Below are positions 41,780 through 53,255 of a stretch of 64,000 bases of DNA, in pieces; the stretch's first letter is position 1; every line of letters begins with the position of its first letter. The notes beneath the pieces are model-generated. The model had not been told where the DNA came from and did no database searches. It saw only the letters and a list, made by a program, of their open reading frames with translations. The stretch lies in assembly GCA_965226555.1 (NCBI GenBank), contig CBDDDG010000014.1, positions 64,001-128,000 on the forward strand. Reading direction: 5' to 3'. This DNA is from Salinispira sp. (GTDB taxonomy: Bacteria; Spirochaetota; Spirochaetia; DSM-27196; Salinispiraceae). A program made the position numbers and the translations under genes.

Positions 41780-42472
41780 ATGAAGAAAATAAAGTTTTTT
41801 CTGGCACTTTGTATAGTATCCGGCATTATGTTCGGAACAGCGCAGGTGTCTGCATTGGGAACAAGGGAAAATCAAATTCCTGAAGATACTTCGGGAAATA
41901 ATTCAGGAGATACTATGGAGATTACGGGCAATTATGAAATTGCGACACTTGGCGGAGGCTGCTTTTGGTGTGTAGAGGCGGTATATGAACCCATTGCGGG
42001 TGTTTTCCGAGCCGTTTCCGGATACTCGGGCGGTACCATACCGAATCCCACCTATGAGCAGGTTACCAGCGGGCGAAGCGGACATGCTGAAGTTGTTCAG
42101 CTCTATTATGATCCTGAGAAAATAGAATATGAACAGGTGCTCAAGCTATTCTTCAAAGCTCATAACCCAACAACTCTGAACCGGCAGGGCTACGATGTCG
42201 GAACCCAATATCGTTCAATTATTCTTACTCACTCCGATGAGCAGAAACAAATTGCCGAAAACCTTATTCTCAAAGAACAGAACGATTGGCCGAACCCAAT
42301 TGTAACAGCGGTAGAACCCTTTCAGGCCTTTTATGAAGCGGAAGAATATCATCAGAATTTTTACGCGAACAATCCCGATTATGGCTACTGCGCTGCAGTT
42401 ATCCGCCCCAAGTTGGAGAAATTAGGACTCGAAGAGGGAGAAAAAATCGACGTCCTAGAACTTAAGTTATAA
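41780..42472 (+). CDS. msrA: Peptide-methionine (S)-S-oxide reductase with signal peptide
   Basis: GGGCFWCVE, SGYSGG, GHAEVV, RQG.DVGTQYRS, AEEYHQ. Confidence 0.96.
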   Translation: MKKIKFFLALCIVSGIMFGTAQVSALGTRENQIPEDTSGNNSGDTMEITGNYEIATLGGGCFWCVEAVYEPIAGVFRAVSGYSGGTIPNPTYEQVTSGRSGHAEVVQLYYDPEKIEYEQVLKLFFKAHNPTTLNRQGYDVGTQYRSIILTHSDEQKQIAENLILKEQNDWPNPIVTAVEPFQAFYEAEEYHQNFYANNPDYGYCAAVIRPKLEKLGLEEGEKIDVLELKL

Positions 42473-42525
42473 ATAAATTTTCATATTGGCTTGTCACTGC
42501 ATATGTTTTTAGTGTATAGTCTGGT

Positions 42526-44808
42526 ATGGTTAAGCTTGTCGATATACAGAATGTAAACACGAATATGAATTCGAAGTCAGGATCAGAAACAAGGTTTGAA
42601 ATTCCTGAATGTATTGTAAAACGGAATGGCGAAAAGCAGTCATTTGATGCAACGCGTATTACGCATGCCATAAAGAAATGTTTTCAGAGCATAGGAAATA
42701 CCTCTGGAACAAGTCTTCAGAAACTTACCGATCTCGTTATAAATGTTGTCGCAGTTAAGTATACCATTCCAACGGTTGAAGATGTTCAGGATATTGTTGA
42801 AATGATTCTTCAGGCAGCAGGAGAATATGAAGCGGCGAAGGCCTATATTCTGTACCGGGCATCGCATGCCGAAATTCGTCGTAATCGTCCGGTTCCCGAT
42901 GAGGTTCAGGCTGCCTTTGAGGCCTCCGATAAGTATTTTCCGACCCAACTTCAGAAATTTCAATTCTACGATAAGTACAGCCGCTTCAGTTATGAAAATG
43001 GGCGCCGTGAAACCTGGATAGAAACAGTACAGCGCGCTATCAATTATCTCCGGGAACTCAGCGATAACAAGCTTTCTGAATTTGACTATCAGCGTTTATA
43101 TCGGGGCATTCTCGATATGAAGGTTATGCCTTCAATGCGCCTGCTTGCCATGGCCGGCGAGCCTGCGAGAAGAAACAACATCGCTATTTATAACTGTTCG
43201 TATCTTCCGGTCGACAGTATCGATTCCTTTGTTGAAGCCCTCATTATTTCCATGAGCGGCTGCGGAGTAGGGTTTTCTGTTGAACGGAAATATGTAGAAC
43301 AAATGCCCAGAATTACGCGCCAGACAGGCAAAAAAAGACCGGTGCATGTGGTTGAAGATACCTCCGAAGGCTGGGCCGATGCCCTCCGCTGCGGGCTCAA
43401 AACATGGTTTGCGGGAGACGATATCGACTTCGACTATTCAAAGATACGCCATGCCGGTGTTCCCCTGAAGATAAAGGGCGGAAGAGCCAGCGGCCCCGAG
43501 CCCCTGCGCCAAATGCTGCTCTTTTCCCGTGGACGTACTCTGGCGCGGCAGGGACGCTTTATGACGAGTCTCGATGCGCACGACATTATGTGTTCTGTGG
43601 GAGGCGCCGCAGTTTCAGGCGGTGTACGGCGTACAGCAATGATCAGCCTCTTCGATTACGACGATACCGAAATGCGACAATGCAAAGATGGCGATTTCTG
43701 GCTTAAAAACAGTCAGCGCTGGAATGCAAACAATTCGGCTGTCTGGCCCGATCGGGAACTGAGCCAGGAAGAAGTTGCCCATTTTGTATTGAATATGGTC
43801 AACTCGGGTCGGGGAGAGCCGGGAGTATTTAATCGGCGCGCGGCAGTACAGAGCCGTCCCGACCGCCGTTCAATCAGCGAGTTTGGAACCAACCCCTGCG
43901 GTGAAATTATTCTTCGTCCATATCAGTTTTGTAATTTGAGTTCCGTAATTGCGCGTGCCAATGATACCTTTGAAATGCTCAAGGAAAAAATAGTTCTTGC
44001 CTCTATTCTGGGAACCATTCAAAGCCTTGCCGCGAATTTCCCCGGCTTACGGCCGGTCTGGAGTAAGAACTGTGAAGAAGAGCGATTGCTCGGGGTTGAT
44101 CTGAATGGGCAAATGGATAGTGCGCTTGCCCAGGATCCTGACGTACAGAGTCGTTTACGCTATGTAGCGGTGGAAACTAACCGTATATATGCAAAGAAGC
44201 TGGGAATACGGCAAAGCGCTGCGGTTACTGCTGTTAAACCCTCAGGGAACTCAAGCCAACTTCTCAATAGTTCATCCGGCATCCACCCCCGATGGGCTCC
44301 CTATTATGTGCGGAATGTCCGTGTCGGCGCCCACACTCCTATTTACCGTGTTTTGAAGGATGCCGGGGTTCCCATGGATCCTGAAAATGGTCAGAGCGCA
44401 GCCGATGCGAGTACTTGGGTAGCGCATTTTCCGGTTAAGAGTCCGGAAAATTCTACCACCCGATCTGACCGATCTGCCAGAGAACAGTGTGAGTATTGGC
44501 TGCAGAATAAAATACATTATACCGAACACAATCCAAGCATAACTATTACATACAAACCCGATGAGGTAATTGATCTCATTCGCTGGATATGGGACCATCA
44601 GGAAAAAATAGGCGGCATGGCGTTTCTGCCGGACACCGATGCGCAGTATGAACAGATGCCCTATGAAGAAATTGATCATACGCAGTATCAGGAATTGTAC
44701 GGGAATTTTCCCCATATCGATTTTGCAAAAATTTACCGCTATGAGGAATCCGACCTCACGACAGCCGCTCAGGAATTTGCATGTCTGGCGGGAAGCTGCG
44801 ATATTTGA
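42526..44808 (+). CDS. nrdJ: Class II (B12-dependent) ribonucleotide reductase with ATP cone
   Basis: VKRNG ATP cone, MPSMR, YNCS, GTNPCGEI, FCNL, VKPSG, C-terminal CLAGSC; no beta subunit nearby. Confidence 0.88.
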   Translation: MVKLVDIQNVNTNMNSKSGSETRFEIPECIVKRNGEKQSFDATRITHAIKKCFQSIGNTSGTSLQKLTDLVINVVAVKYTIPTVEDVQDIVEMILQAAGEYEAAKAYILYRASHAEIRRNRPVPDEVQAAFEASDKYFPTQLQKFQFYDKYSRFSYENGRRETWIETVQRAINYLRELSDNKLSEFDYQRLYRGILDMKVMPSMRLLAMAGEPARRNNIAIYNCSYLPVDSIDSFVEALIISMSGCGVGFSVERKYVEQMPRITRQTGKKRPVHVVEDTSEGWADALRCGLKTWFAGDDIDFDYSKIRHAGVPLKIKGGRASGPEPLRQMLLFSRGRTLARQGRFMTSLDAHDIMCSVGGAAVSGGVRRTAMISLFDYDDTEMRQCKDGDFWLKNSQRWNANNSAVWPDRELSQEEVAHFVLNMVNSGRGEPGVFNRRAAVQSRPDRRSISEFGTNPCGEIILRPYQFCNLSSVIARANDTFEMLKEKIVLASILGTIQSLAANFPGLRPVWSKNCEEERLLGVDLNGQMDSALAQDPDVQSRLRYVAVETNRIYAKKLGIRQSAAVTAVKPSGNSSQLLNSSSGIHPRWAPYYVRNVRVGAHTPIYRVLKDAGVPMDPENGQSAADASTWVAHFPVKSPENSTTRSDRSAREQCEYWLQNKIHYTEHNPSITITYKPDEVIDLIRWIWDHQEKIGGMAFLPDTDAQYEQMPYEEIDHTQYQELYGNFPHIDFAKIYRYEESDLTTAAQEFACLAGSCDI

Positions 44809-44851
44809 AGAACTCCAGCGCAGTTCGATCCGCAGAGAACCGGCACAGTGA

Positions 44852-45301
44852 TCAGGTATTCTCAACATCGAAGAGAATCTGGTACTCTTCTGAACTGAGT
44901 ATATCCTTGTCATTGTTTTTCTGCTCATCTGTGGTCAATATATCATCGAGCTTCATCATATCGGTTTTCTGACTGACAATGATCTGGGCAAAGCGGCTTT
45001 CATATTGCTTCAGATACTGCGCAAAGGGAAAAACCATCCCCCGTATATCATCAAGAAGAAAAACAAGATCCCGTTTTACCAAATAAAGATTCCTCACATA
45101 TTGTCCGGTATCTATTGAGTGTATATCCCCATCAAGTTGTTCCATAATATTTTTCAATGTTCTGTCAACAAACATAATATCTTCCATTATCTTGTCGAGA
45201 AAAAAATCTGAGTCTATATTCAGACTGCAGCCCTGCCGAATAGTCCGAATAATTAGCGCAGTGTAGAAAATATCCGCATCAAAATGAACATCTTTATTCA
45301 C
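44852..45301 (-). CDS. Hypothetical protein
   Basis: 149-aa ORF, GTG start with GAGG SD. Confidence 0.7.
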   Translation of the reverse strand: MNKDVHFDADIFYTALIIRTIRQGCSLNIDSDFFLDKIMEDIMFVDRTLKNIMEQLDGDIHSIDTGQYVRNLYLVKRDLVFLLDDIRGMVFPFAQYLKQYESRFAQIIVSQKTDMMKLDDILTTDEQKNNDKDILSSEEYQILFDVENT

Positions 45302-45417
45302 AGACCTACCTCAGATGACACTATACACGAAAATCATATGTGTGGGTAGTCACAGATACATCGGATATACCAAAATTAGTTGACAGAGATCGGCAATTTT
45401 TCTACAATTCATACCTC

Positions 45418-46587
45418 ATGGACATTTCTGCCTTTGATTTCAGGCAATATTTCCGCTTCGTATGGGCTTCCCTCCTGTGGATGCCGGACACCCGCTATCG
45501 GAGTCATAAAATGCACATGATCTGGTGCCTTATGTCATTGTCTGTCTATCCAATGTTTTTGTGCTTGACGTGGCTATTGTTTTTTGTTGATGATATTTTC
45601 CGCCCCTCTGTAAGAAGGCAGAAAATTGACCAGCCGCTTTTCATTGTCGGGAACTTTCGCTGCGGATCGACCTTTCTCCAACGCCTCCTTGCCCGCGATG
45701 CTGCGAATTTTTCTTCCTGCTCAGGATGGGAAGTAATGTTTGTTCCATCTTTTTCCGGCCGCCAGTTCATACAGGGGATATTCATTGTCGATAGATTGAT
45801 CGGAAGTCCGCTTCGATATCTTGTCGCAAAATTTGAACAAAAGATGATTCGTACGGACAACATCCACAAGGTCGCGCTGAGAGAACCCGAGGAAGATGAA
45901 AGTTTATTCATACCTGCTTTCACCTCTGCCTTTCTCATGTTCATAAGCCCCGATCCGAAATTATTCAGGGAATATTATACCTTTGATACACATATCCCCC
46001 CCCGTAAAAGAATGAAGAACCTCCAGTATTATGAAGCCTGTGTGAAAAGGCACATGCGCTTTCATCGGAAATCCCGTCATTATCTTTCCAAGAGTCCAAC
46101 CTTCACCATGCGTTGCCTGAGCCTCAGGCGGCAGTTTCCCGATGCCCGCTTTATTTACCTGCTCCGGAATCCGCTGGATCTTATTCCCTCGCTTATGACC
46201 TGGTTCAGTCAGAACTGGTCTGCCCTGCAAAAAAAGGATGCGCGCTACCCTCATTGGGATTTTGTCATGGATTTCGTAAAATGCTGGTATATTGATTCTC
46301 TTGAAATACTTTCAGGGTTTTCAGATGAGCAGGTAATGTTTGTAATGTACGATGATCTTGTTTCTTCGCCGCTTGATACTCTCACATCGATCTATTCATG
46401 GCTCAACATCGAATTATCGGAAGATTTTCAAAAATATATCCTGCAGACCCAGAAGAGGAATGTAAAGGGCTGGAAAGAGGGAAGGTATAGGACAGATGAT
46501 ATTGATTTTTCACAGATCAGGGAAGTTCTTGCCCCGGTTTTCAAACGGTTTTCGTTCGATCTCCGCGGTAAGTATGAAAATATATGA
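45418..46587 (+). CDS. PAPS-dependent sulfotransferase family protein
   Basis: PLFIVGNFRCGSTFLQRLL (5'-PSB), LSKSP, FPDARFIYLLRNP (3'-PB), YDDLV..P. Confidence 0.85.
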   Translation: MDISAFDFRQYFRFVWASLLWMPDTRYRSHKMHMIWCLMSLSVYPMFLCLTWLLFFVDDIFRPSVRRQKIDQPLFIVGNFRCGSTFLQRLLARDAANFSSCSGWEVMFVPSFSGRQFIQGIFIVDRLIGSPLRYLVAKFEQKMIRTDNIHKVALREPEEDESLFIPAFTSAFLMFISPDPKLFREYYTFDTHIPPRKRMKNLQYYEACVKRHMRFHRKSRHYLSKSPTFTMRCLSLRRQFPDARFIYLLRNPLDLIPSLMTWFSQNWSALQKKDARYPHWDFVMDFVKCWYIDSLEILSGFSDEQVMFVMYDDLVSSPLDTLTSIYSWLNIELSEDFQKYILQTQKRNVKGWKEGRYRTDDIDFSQIREVLAPVFKRFSFDLRGKYENI

Positions 46588-46611
46588 AATGTGCGCAACG
46601 TGCAAATAGCT

Positions 46612-46665
46612 GAAATTTTTGCATTGGAAAAGTGTGCTTGCACAATTTCCAGCAGCAAAAGTTTC
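46612..46665. repeat. AT-rich palindromic element
   Basis: GAAATTTTTGCATTGGAAAAGTGTGCTTGCACAATTTCCAGCAGCAAAAGTTTC. Confidence 0.85.
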
Positions 46666-46711
46666 TGTAAAATGAAAGAGCTTTTTCTCAAAGAATAAGG
46701 AGGAAAATAGT

Positions 46712-47176
46712 ATGATTTTAACAGTGTTGTTAAATGCGGGTATTATTATTGCGGCCTTTGCCGGTATGGAGTTTATTGCATGGTTTACCCATAAATATAT
46801 TATGCATGGGTTTTTGTGGGTACTGCATAAGGATCATCATGTTCCCCATAAGGGGAAATTTGAATTGAACGATCTCTTTGTTCTCTGGTTTACCGTGCCG
46901 GCGGTACTTGCGTTTATATTTGGTATTCGAAATACAATATGGCCGCTTATCTCTCTGGGAATCGGCATAACCCTCTATGGTATTTCCTATACACTTTTTC
47001 ACGATGTCATGTTTCATCGCAGAATTAAATGGCTCAAAATTCCATCGAAAAGCCCCTATTTCAAACGAATTATCAATGCGCACCGCGCTCATCACAAGAC
47101 CACAAAACAGTACCCGACCGAGGCCTTCGGCTTCCTGTGGGCGCCCAAACGCTACGAAGAAAAAACCAAGCAATAA
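46712..47176 (+). CDS. crtZ: Beta-carotene 3-hydroxylase
   Basis: ME..AW.THKYIMHG.LW.LH.DHH, FELNDLF, HD...HRR, AHR.HH, FGFL. Confidence 0.92.
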   Translation: MILTVLLNAGIIIAAFAGMEFIAWFTHKYIMHGFLWVLHKDHHVPHKGKFELNDLFVLWFTVPAVLAFIFGIRNTIWPLISLGIGITLYGISYTLFHDVMFHRRIKWLKIPSKSPYFKRIINAHRAHHKTTKQYPTEAFGFLWAPKRYEEKTKQ

Positions 47177-47186
47177 AAAAGAAGGC

Positions 47187-47280
47187 GCCGGGCGGGCAGC
47201 CCATGCGGGCAACAGCCGCCGAGTGCCGGGGCGGGCAGCCCATGCGGGCAACAGGCTCCGAGTGCCGGGGCGGGCAGCCA
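47187..47280. repeat. 39-bp GC-rich tandem repeat, about 2.5 copies, intergenic
   Basis: GCCGGGGCGGGCAGCCCATGCGGGCAACAG..CCGAGT units. Confidence 0.85.
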
Positions 47281-47332
47281 AGGAGGCACGGGCGAGCCGG
47301 ATGCCTGAGTGCGCCGCGCTGAACTTCAGGCA

Positions 47333-48874
47333 TTATTCCTGAATAAATATTTCCCTCTGAAATGTGGTGTCGAAGTCATCCCGCAAATTTTCAGGCGATG
47401 AAAATGTGCGCTGCATTTCAGCAAGAAGATAGTCCTGCGCAAGATAGGGGATGTATAATTGGTGAAAGGTATTTTCTTCGTTTGGGGCGGCGGCTTCCTT
47501 GTAGCGGACAACGACAATACTTTCCTGCAACTCAATAGCATCGGTAAGTTCGCCGACATTGAGTGAAAACAAACCGGTAAATAAAGACTGCCGTGTTGAA
47601 GTGCCCGCAAGCAGACCGGAGCTTGCGCTCTCAAGAGTGGGAAAAACAGGAATGTCACCATAGTTCACGCTTATGGCATCTGTTGTTGTTGACGGAATGT
47701 TAGAACTCGCTGCAGCACTCGTCCAATCGGTTTCTTCAGCCAGAAGAATAAAGCGTTCTGCCTGAATACGGAAATAATCGGAAATTCGCCCACGATCAAA
47801 GGAAAGAGTATAGTTTCTGACCTGATTCACAAGTTCGGGATCGGCAAAATCTGCCTGCATTGTGGCGGAATCTGCCCGGTAAATTGTATATTTCTCATTT
47901 CGGATTTGGAAGATATCACTTATTTCACCCTCTTCAAGGGCAAAGAGAATGTCAACAGCCTGCTCATCTGCAAAATCGCGACGGATATCATAATACCACA
48001 CTGTTTCCCGCGCTCCTCCCGCTGAGGCATATATATCGGTACTGCTGCTGCCTGCCAGATCTTCAAAATTGCTTTCACGATTGTTCAGGCGGGAAAGTAT
48101 CTGCGCTGCCTCATCGGGTGAATTGAGAGTGATGGATGAGAGTTCCTTACTTTGAAAAAGGCTGGTGTTTTCTGCAAGATATTTCTCAAGCTCGGAATTG
48201 GGATAGTCGGTGAAGGAAAAGCTCACTATTTCAAAGATCCGTCTGTCATTTCCAATATCACTAATGAACTGAATTTCTGCTTCACTGAGGCTGCTGTTCG
48301 CAACAATATCGTCATGTACTTTTTCAGCGAGAATATCCTTAAATGTTTCTTCCTGTAATCCGGGTTCGCTGGCGAGTGCTCTGCGGAGATATTCGGCTGA
48401 GAAATTCCCCCCATCATCCCGAAAGCGGGGAGCGTTTGTAAATGTATCGGTAACTTCTTCCACTGAAGCGTGCATCCCCGTTTCCTCAGCGAGGTGGAGT
48501 AATCCAAGGCGAAAGACGGCAGCATCGAATGCATCCTTCATGCTTGAGTAAATATCCTGTATTCCAAGATTCCTGCCGGACTGCTGAGCCTCTTCCTGAG
48601 CCTGCTGATACTGGGATTCATACACTCTCGCAAAATATGTTCCTGCTGCATATTCAATTTTGCTTCCCCTATAGGTACCGAATACCAGCGAATTATTGCC
48701 GATAGTTCCGCCAAGAACAGGGCCGAGAATAAATGCGACAACAACAACCACAAGAATTATTATCGACAGAACATACAGCCCCGGCCGCTGCATTGCAGCA
48801 GTTTTGACCGATGGTTCCTTGCGCGTGGCTTTCTTTTCAGAAGAATCTGTCTTTTTCTTTAAAAACATAAACAT
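47333..48874 (-). CDS. SurA/PpiD-like peptidyl-prolyl isomerase/chaperone
   Basis: N-terminal TM, SurA-N-like region, FEDLA...STD..AS.GG rotamase motif. Confidence 0.8.
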   Translation of the reverse strand: MFMFLKKKTDSSEKKATRKEPSVKTAAMQRPGLYVLSIIILVVVVVAFILGPVLGGTIGNNSLVFGTYRGSKIEYAAGTYFARVYESQYQQAQEEAQQSGRNLGIQDIYSSMKDAFDAAVFRLGLLHLAEETGMHASVEEVTDTFTNAPRFRDDGGNFSAEYLRRALASEPGLQEETFKDILAEKVHDDIVANSSLSEAEIQFISDIGNDRRIFEIVSFSFTDYPNSELEKYLAENTSLFQSKELSSITLNSPDEAAQILSRLNNRESNFEDLAGSSSTDIYASAGGARETVWYYDIRRDFADEQAVDILFALEEGEISDIFQIRNEKYTIYRADSATMQADFADPELVNQVRNYTLSFDRGRISDYFRIQAERFILLAEETDWTSAAASSNIPSTTTDAISVNYGDIPVFPTLESASSGLLAGTSTRQSLFTGLFSLNVGELTDAIELQESIVVVRYKEAAAPNEENTFHQLYIPYLAQDYLLAEMQRTFSSPENLRDDFDTTFQREIFIQE

Positions 48875-48961
48875 AATCTATAATCTATCATATACATTAT
48901 GCCTTGACAAGGCTATCAGTATTTTGGCATATTGATTTTATTCACAATATTGAGGGATTTT

Positions 48962-49555
48962 ATGGAAGTACAACTGCAGGATCTTCTTGCAGCCATCAAA
49001 AAAGATGGTGTCGACAGTGCCGAAACAGAAAAAACGGCAATTATCACACAGGCCGAAGAGCAGGCCGAAGATATTATTACAGCAGCACGGAAGCAGGCCG
49101 ATACGCTCAGAGATACAGCGAAACAGGATGCTGCCATGTTTGAACGTTCCGCAACGGAAGCGGTTAATCAGGCAGGGCGGGATCTGCTTATTTCGGTGCA
49201 AAAAGCCCTTCAGAATTCCTTTGACCACATTCTCACATCAACAATTTCAGAGCATTTCTCAGGCGATGCGCTTACCGAAGGTATAGTAGCCGTTGTAAAA
49301 GCATTCAACAGTACCGGCGAGTTGGAACTTCCTGAGGAAAGTCTCCGAACAATCGAAACAAATCTGAAGGCCCGCCTCGGCGCGGAAATAAAAGCGGGGC
49401 TAAAAATACAGGGAAAAAATCTTCCTGAAGGCGGTTTTATTCTGAGAGAAGATGGGGGAAGGGCATATTACGATTTTTCAAGCCGCAGTATTGCGGAGGT
49501 AATACGGTCACGGCTCAGTCAGAACATTGCAGATCTCATCGACCTGAAAGAATAA
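48962..49555 (+). CDS. V-type ATP synthase subunit E
   Basis: LQDLL..IKKDGV..AE; first gene of the operon. Confidence 0.85.
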   Translation: MEVQLQDLLAAIKKDGVDSAETEKTAIITQAEEQAEDIITAARKQADTLRDTAKQDAAMFERSATEAVNQAGRDLLISVQKALQNSFDHILTSTISEHFSGDALTEGIVAVVKAFNSTGELELPEESLRTIETNLKARLGAEIKAGLKIQGKNLPEGGFILREDGGRAYYDFSSRSIAEVIRSRLSQNIADLIDLKE

Positions 49556-49563
49556 CGAAATAC

Positions 49564-50130
49564 ATGAGTTCATATTATTATATTCTTGCCAGCCTTCCAC
49601 ACCTCACTTTTGAGAGCGAGCATATTCCGGAACCGGCGGTTTTTCTTGATCTCTGCCGACTGTTTCTCTCGGAAAGCGATATGCGGATTGTCGAATCGGC
49701 GACACTTTATCCCCATGCGGAAGCTCCGGCGGAAACTGCGGCAGTTCCTCTGCTTGAAAAATTCCGGCACTGGGAAATAGGGCTGAGAAATGAGCTGGCA
49801 AAACAGCGTTCTCAAATCCTTAACCGTGAAGCGGCGATCCGCCTTAACGATGAAGGAAGCGATTGTACTGCGGTATCGGGACTCGCGGACAGTGTGAAAT
49901 TGATCATGCAGTCTGCAACACCCCTTGAGGCCGACATCGGGCTTGACCGCCTCCGCTGGCAGTACCTCGATGAACTCGGCAGCGGTCACTATTTTAATGT
50001 ACAGCAGCTTATTGTATATTATCTGCGCGTGCGCATCCGCATCCGCAGAGATCGACTCACTGCCGATTCCGGTATAGCAGCATATAATGAACAGATGAAT
50101 GGAGTACGGAATGAAAAAAGTTACGGGTAA
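49564..50130 (+). CDS. DUF2764 family protein (V-ATPase subunit C-like)
   Basis: YYYILASLP, WE..LRNELA..R, LDRLRW. Confidence 0.85.
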   Translation: MSSYYYILASLPHLTFESEHIPEPAVFLDLCRLFLSESDMRIVESATLYPHAEAPAETAAVPLLEKFRHWEIGLRNELAKQRSQILNREAAIRLNDEGSDCTAVSGLADSVKLIMQSATPLEADIGLDRLRWQYLDELGSGHYFNVQQLIVYYLRVRIRIRRDRLTADSGIAAYNEQMNGVRNEKSYG

Positions 50131-51889
50131 GGTTTTTGCGGTAAACGGAAATATGGTATCCGTTGAAGTGGACGGCGATGTTGCGCTCAATGAAATTGCC
50201 TATATTTCTACAAAGGGAAGGGAGCTTAAGTCGGAGGTCATCAGGATACGCGGAAATAAGGTGGAACTTCAGGTATTTGAAATTACCCGAGGTATTTCTG
50301 TCGGGAACGATGTAACATTCTCCCATGAGCTGCTCACAGTTGAGCTCGGTCCGGGTTTGCTGAGCCAGGTCTACGATGGATTACAGAATCCGCTTCCCCG
50401 TCTGGCTGAGCAATGCGGGTTTTTTCTGGATAGAGGCGTATATCTTCACGCGCTTGATCATGAAAAACACTGGCAATTTACCCCAATGGCAAAGGTCGGC
50501 GATGTGGTCGAAAAAGCATCGGTGCTTGGCTCTGTGCCGGAGGGATTGTTCGAACATCATATTATGGTACCCTTTTATCTTCAGGAAGAGTATAGGGTTT
50601 CAGAAATTGTTCCTGCGGGAGAATATACTGTTGATCAGCAAATTGCGGCAATTGAAGACAGCAGGGGTAACACCATCCCAATTACCATGAAATTTGAGTG
50701 GCCGGTAAAACGGGCAATTACGGTATATGAGCAGAGACTCAAACCGCTTGAACAAATGGTGTCCAAGGTTCGCATTATAGACACCTTTCTTCCCATTGCC
50801 CGCGGCGGAACCTACTGTGTTCCTGGTCCCTTTGGCGCTGGTAAAACCGTACTGCAGCAAGTTACCAGCCGTAATGCCGATGTTGATATTGTTATTATTG
50901 CCGCCTGCGGTGAACGCGCCGGCGAGGTTGTGGAAACACTTCGGGAATTCCCGGAACTCACCGATCCGCGCACCGGTAAAACCCTTATGGACCGTACCAT
51001 CATTATTTGTAATACCAGCTCAATGCCCGTAGCAGCGCGTGAAGCTTCGGTGTACACGGCAGTTACCCTTGCGGAATATTACCGGCAGATGGGCCTTCAT
51101 ATCCTTCTTCTTGCCGACTCCACAAGCCGTTGGGCTCAGGCCATGCGGGAAATGTCCGGCCGCTTAGAAGAAATTCCCGGAGAAGAAGCCTTTCCGGCAT
51201 ATTTGGAATCGCTCATTGCCGCCTTCTATGAGCGCGCGGGGCTTGTGCTGCTCAAGGGAGGAAACACCGGATCGGTTACCATTGGCGGAACAGTGAGCCC
51301 GGCCGGAGGCAACTTTGAGGAACCGGTAACCCAGGCCACCCTTAAGGTTGTGGGCGCCTTTCACGGATTAAGCAGGGATCGGGCAAATGCCCGAAAATAC
51401 CCCGCCATTAACCCTCTGGAAAGTTGGAGCAAGTACACAGGAACTGTGGATGCGGAAAAAACAGAATATGCCCGGCGCATGTACTTTCGCGGCGATGAGG
51501 TCAGCCAGATGATCAAGGTTGTCGGCGAGGAGGGAACAGGCCTCGACGACTATCTTGTCTATCTCAAGGCAGATTTTATTGATAGCGTTTACCTACAGCA
51601 GGATAGCTTTGATCCCATTGACGCCTCGGTGAGCGCAGAACGGCAGCGGCATATCTTCGACATTCTCCTCGAAATTATTACCGGAACCTACGATTTTACC
51701 GATCAGAAAAGCGCCCGCGATTTCTTTACTCACATAAAACAATTTTTTCGGGATTATAACGGTACCCGTTGGATGTGCGATGAGTTTAAAGATGCCGAAA
51801 AGAAGGTTATTGAAATGTATTCAAAACACAGAACAGGTACCCTTCCCGATGCGGAAATGATCACTCAAGGGGAAGAGACTCATGTATAA
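50111..51889 (+). CDS. atpA: V-type ATP synthase subunit A
   Basis: [39 protein letters not shown]. Confidence 0.96.
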   Translation: MKKVTGKVFAVNGNMVSVEVDGDVALNEIAYISTKGRELKSEVIRIRGNKVELQVFEITRGISVGNDVTFSHELLTVELGPGLLSQVYDGLQNPLPRLAEQCGFFLDRGVYLHALDHEKHWQFTPMAKVGDVVEKASVLGSVPEGLFEHHIMVPFYLQEEYRVSEIVPAGEYTVDQQIAAIEDSRGNTIPITMKFEWPVKRAITVYEQRLKPLEQMVSKVRIIDTFLPIARGGTYCVPGPFGAGKTVLQQVTSRNADVDIVIIAACGERAGEVVETLREFPELTDPRTGKTLMDRTIIICNTSSMPVAAREASVYTAVTLAEYYRQMGLHILLLADSTSRWAQAMREMSGRLEEIPGEEAFPAYLESLIAAFYERAGLVLLKGGNTGSVTIGGTVSPAGGNFEEPVTQATLKVVGAFHGLSRDRANARKYPAINPLESWSKYTGTVDAEKTEYARRMYFRGDEVSQMIKVVGEEGTGLDDYLVYLKADFIDSVYLQQDSFDPIDASVSAERQRHIFDILLEIITGTYDFTDQKSARDFFTHIKQFFRDYNGTRWMCDEFKDAEKKVIEMYSKHRTGTLPDAEMITQGEETHV

Positions 51890-53177
51890 GGTATACAGCA
51901 AAATTGAACTAATAGAGGGAAATGTTATCACTGTCCGCGCCGATGGAGTTAGCTACGAAGACCTTGCGATTGTCCAGTCGCCGCATGGTTCATCGCTTGC
52001 TCAGGTCATTCGTCTTAATAGGGAGCATGTGAGTCTTCAGGTATTCAATGGAACACGTGGCGTTTCCACCGGCGATGAGGTTCGCTTTCTCGGACATCCC
52101 ATGACTGTTTCATTCAGTGAGAATTTGCTCGGAAGAATCTTCACCGGCTCAGGCCAGCCCAAGGATGGGGGTCCCTCACTGGAAGAGAATATGATCGAAA
52201 TTGCCGCTCCCTCAGTTAACCCCGTTATGCGTATTATCCCGAGGAATATGATCCGTACCGGTATTCCCATGATTGATCTCTTCAATACTCTTGTTGAAAG
52301 CCAGAAACTCCCCATTTTCTCCGTTTCAGGAGAGCCCTATAATGAGCTTCTTGCCAGAATTGCTCTTCAGGCCGAAGTCGACATCATTATTCTTGGGGGA
52401 ATCGGACTCAAATATGATGATTATCTCTCATTCAGAGATGCTCTTGAAGAGGGGGGAGCCCTGAGCCGCGCAATTTTCTTTGTTCATACTGCCGCCGATC
52501 CGATAGTAGAGGCCCTGCTTGTGCCGGATATCAGCTTGGCTGTTGCCGAAAAATTTGCTCTGGACGGAAAAAGGGTTCTCGTTCTTCTCACCGATATGAC
52601 AAATTTTGCCGATGCCCTCAAGGAAATATCCATTACCATGGAACAGGTGCCATCGAACCGCGGGTATCCGGGCGATCTCTATTCTCAGCTTGCAAGCCGT
52701 TATGAAAAGGCTGTGGATTTTGAAGGGGCGGGTTCCATTACTATTCTCGGAGCCACTACCATGCCCGGCGATGATGTTACGCATCCGGTTCCGGATAATA
52801 CCGGATACATTACCGAGGGGCAGTATTATCTGCGTAATGGACGCATTGAGCCATTTGGTTCCCTGAGCCGTTTGAAACAGATGGTGAATAAAGACACCCG
52901 TGAAGATCATCGCTTTATTATGGATTCCATGATCACGCTGTACGCGAGCTATAAGGAATCGTTGGAAAAGAAATCGATGGGCTTCAGAATGAACGACTGG
53001 GATGAAAAACTCATTAAGTACGGAGAGCTGTTTGAAAGCAAAATGATGGATCTTTCGGTGAATATCCCCCTTGAAAAGGCGCTGGATCTGGGCTGGGAAA
53101 TTCTTGCCGCGTGTTTTACCCCTCAGGAAACCGGCATTAAGTCAGATTTTGCGGACAAGTTCTGGCCGAAAAACTGA
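51882..53177 (+). CDS. atpB: V-type ATP synthase subunit B
   Basis: [38 protein letters not shown]. Confidence 0.96.
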   Translation: MYKVYSKIELIEGNVITVRADGVSYEDLAIVQSPHGSSLAQVIRLNREHVSLQVFNGTRGVSTGDEVRFLGHPMTVSFSENLLGRIFTGSGQPKDGGPSLEENMIEIAAPSVNPVMRIIPRNMIRTGIPMIDLFNTLVESQKLPIFSVSGEPYNELLARIALQAEVDIIILGGIGLKYDDYLSFRDALEEGGALSRAIFFVHTAADPIVEALLVPDISLAVAEKFALDGKRVLVLLTDMTNFADALKEISITMEQVPSNRGYPGDLYSQLASRYEKAVDFEGAGSITILGATTMPGDDVTHPVPDNTGYITEGQYYLRNGRIEPFGSLSRLKQMVNKDTREDHRFIMDSMITLYASYKESLEKKSMGFRMNDWDEKLIKYGELFESKMMDLSVNIPLEKALDLGWEILAACFTPQETGIKSDFADKFWPKN

Positions 53178-53255
53178 GCGTGTAATAGTACCTGAGCGCC
53201 GAATAATATCTGAGCGCGGGGCGCGTAACACGCGTAAAAAAAAGAGGAAGCCTGC

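Noticed and set aside
42473..42525. Cobalamin riboswitch before nrdJ
   Set aside because: Intergenic space is too short and shows no B12-box
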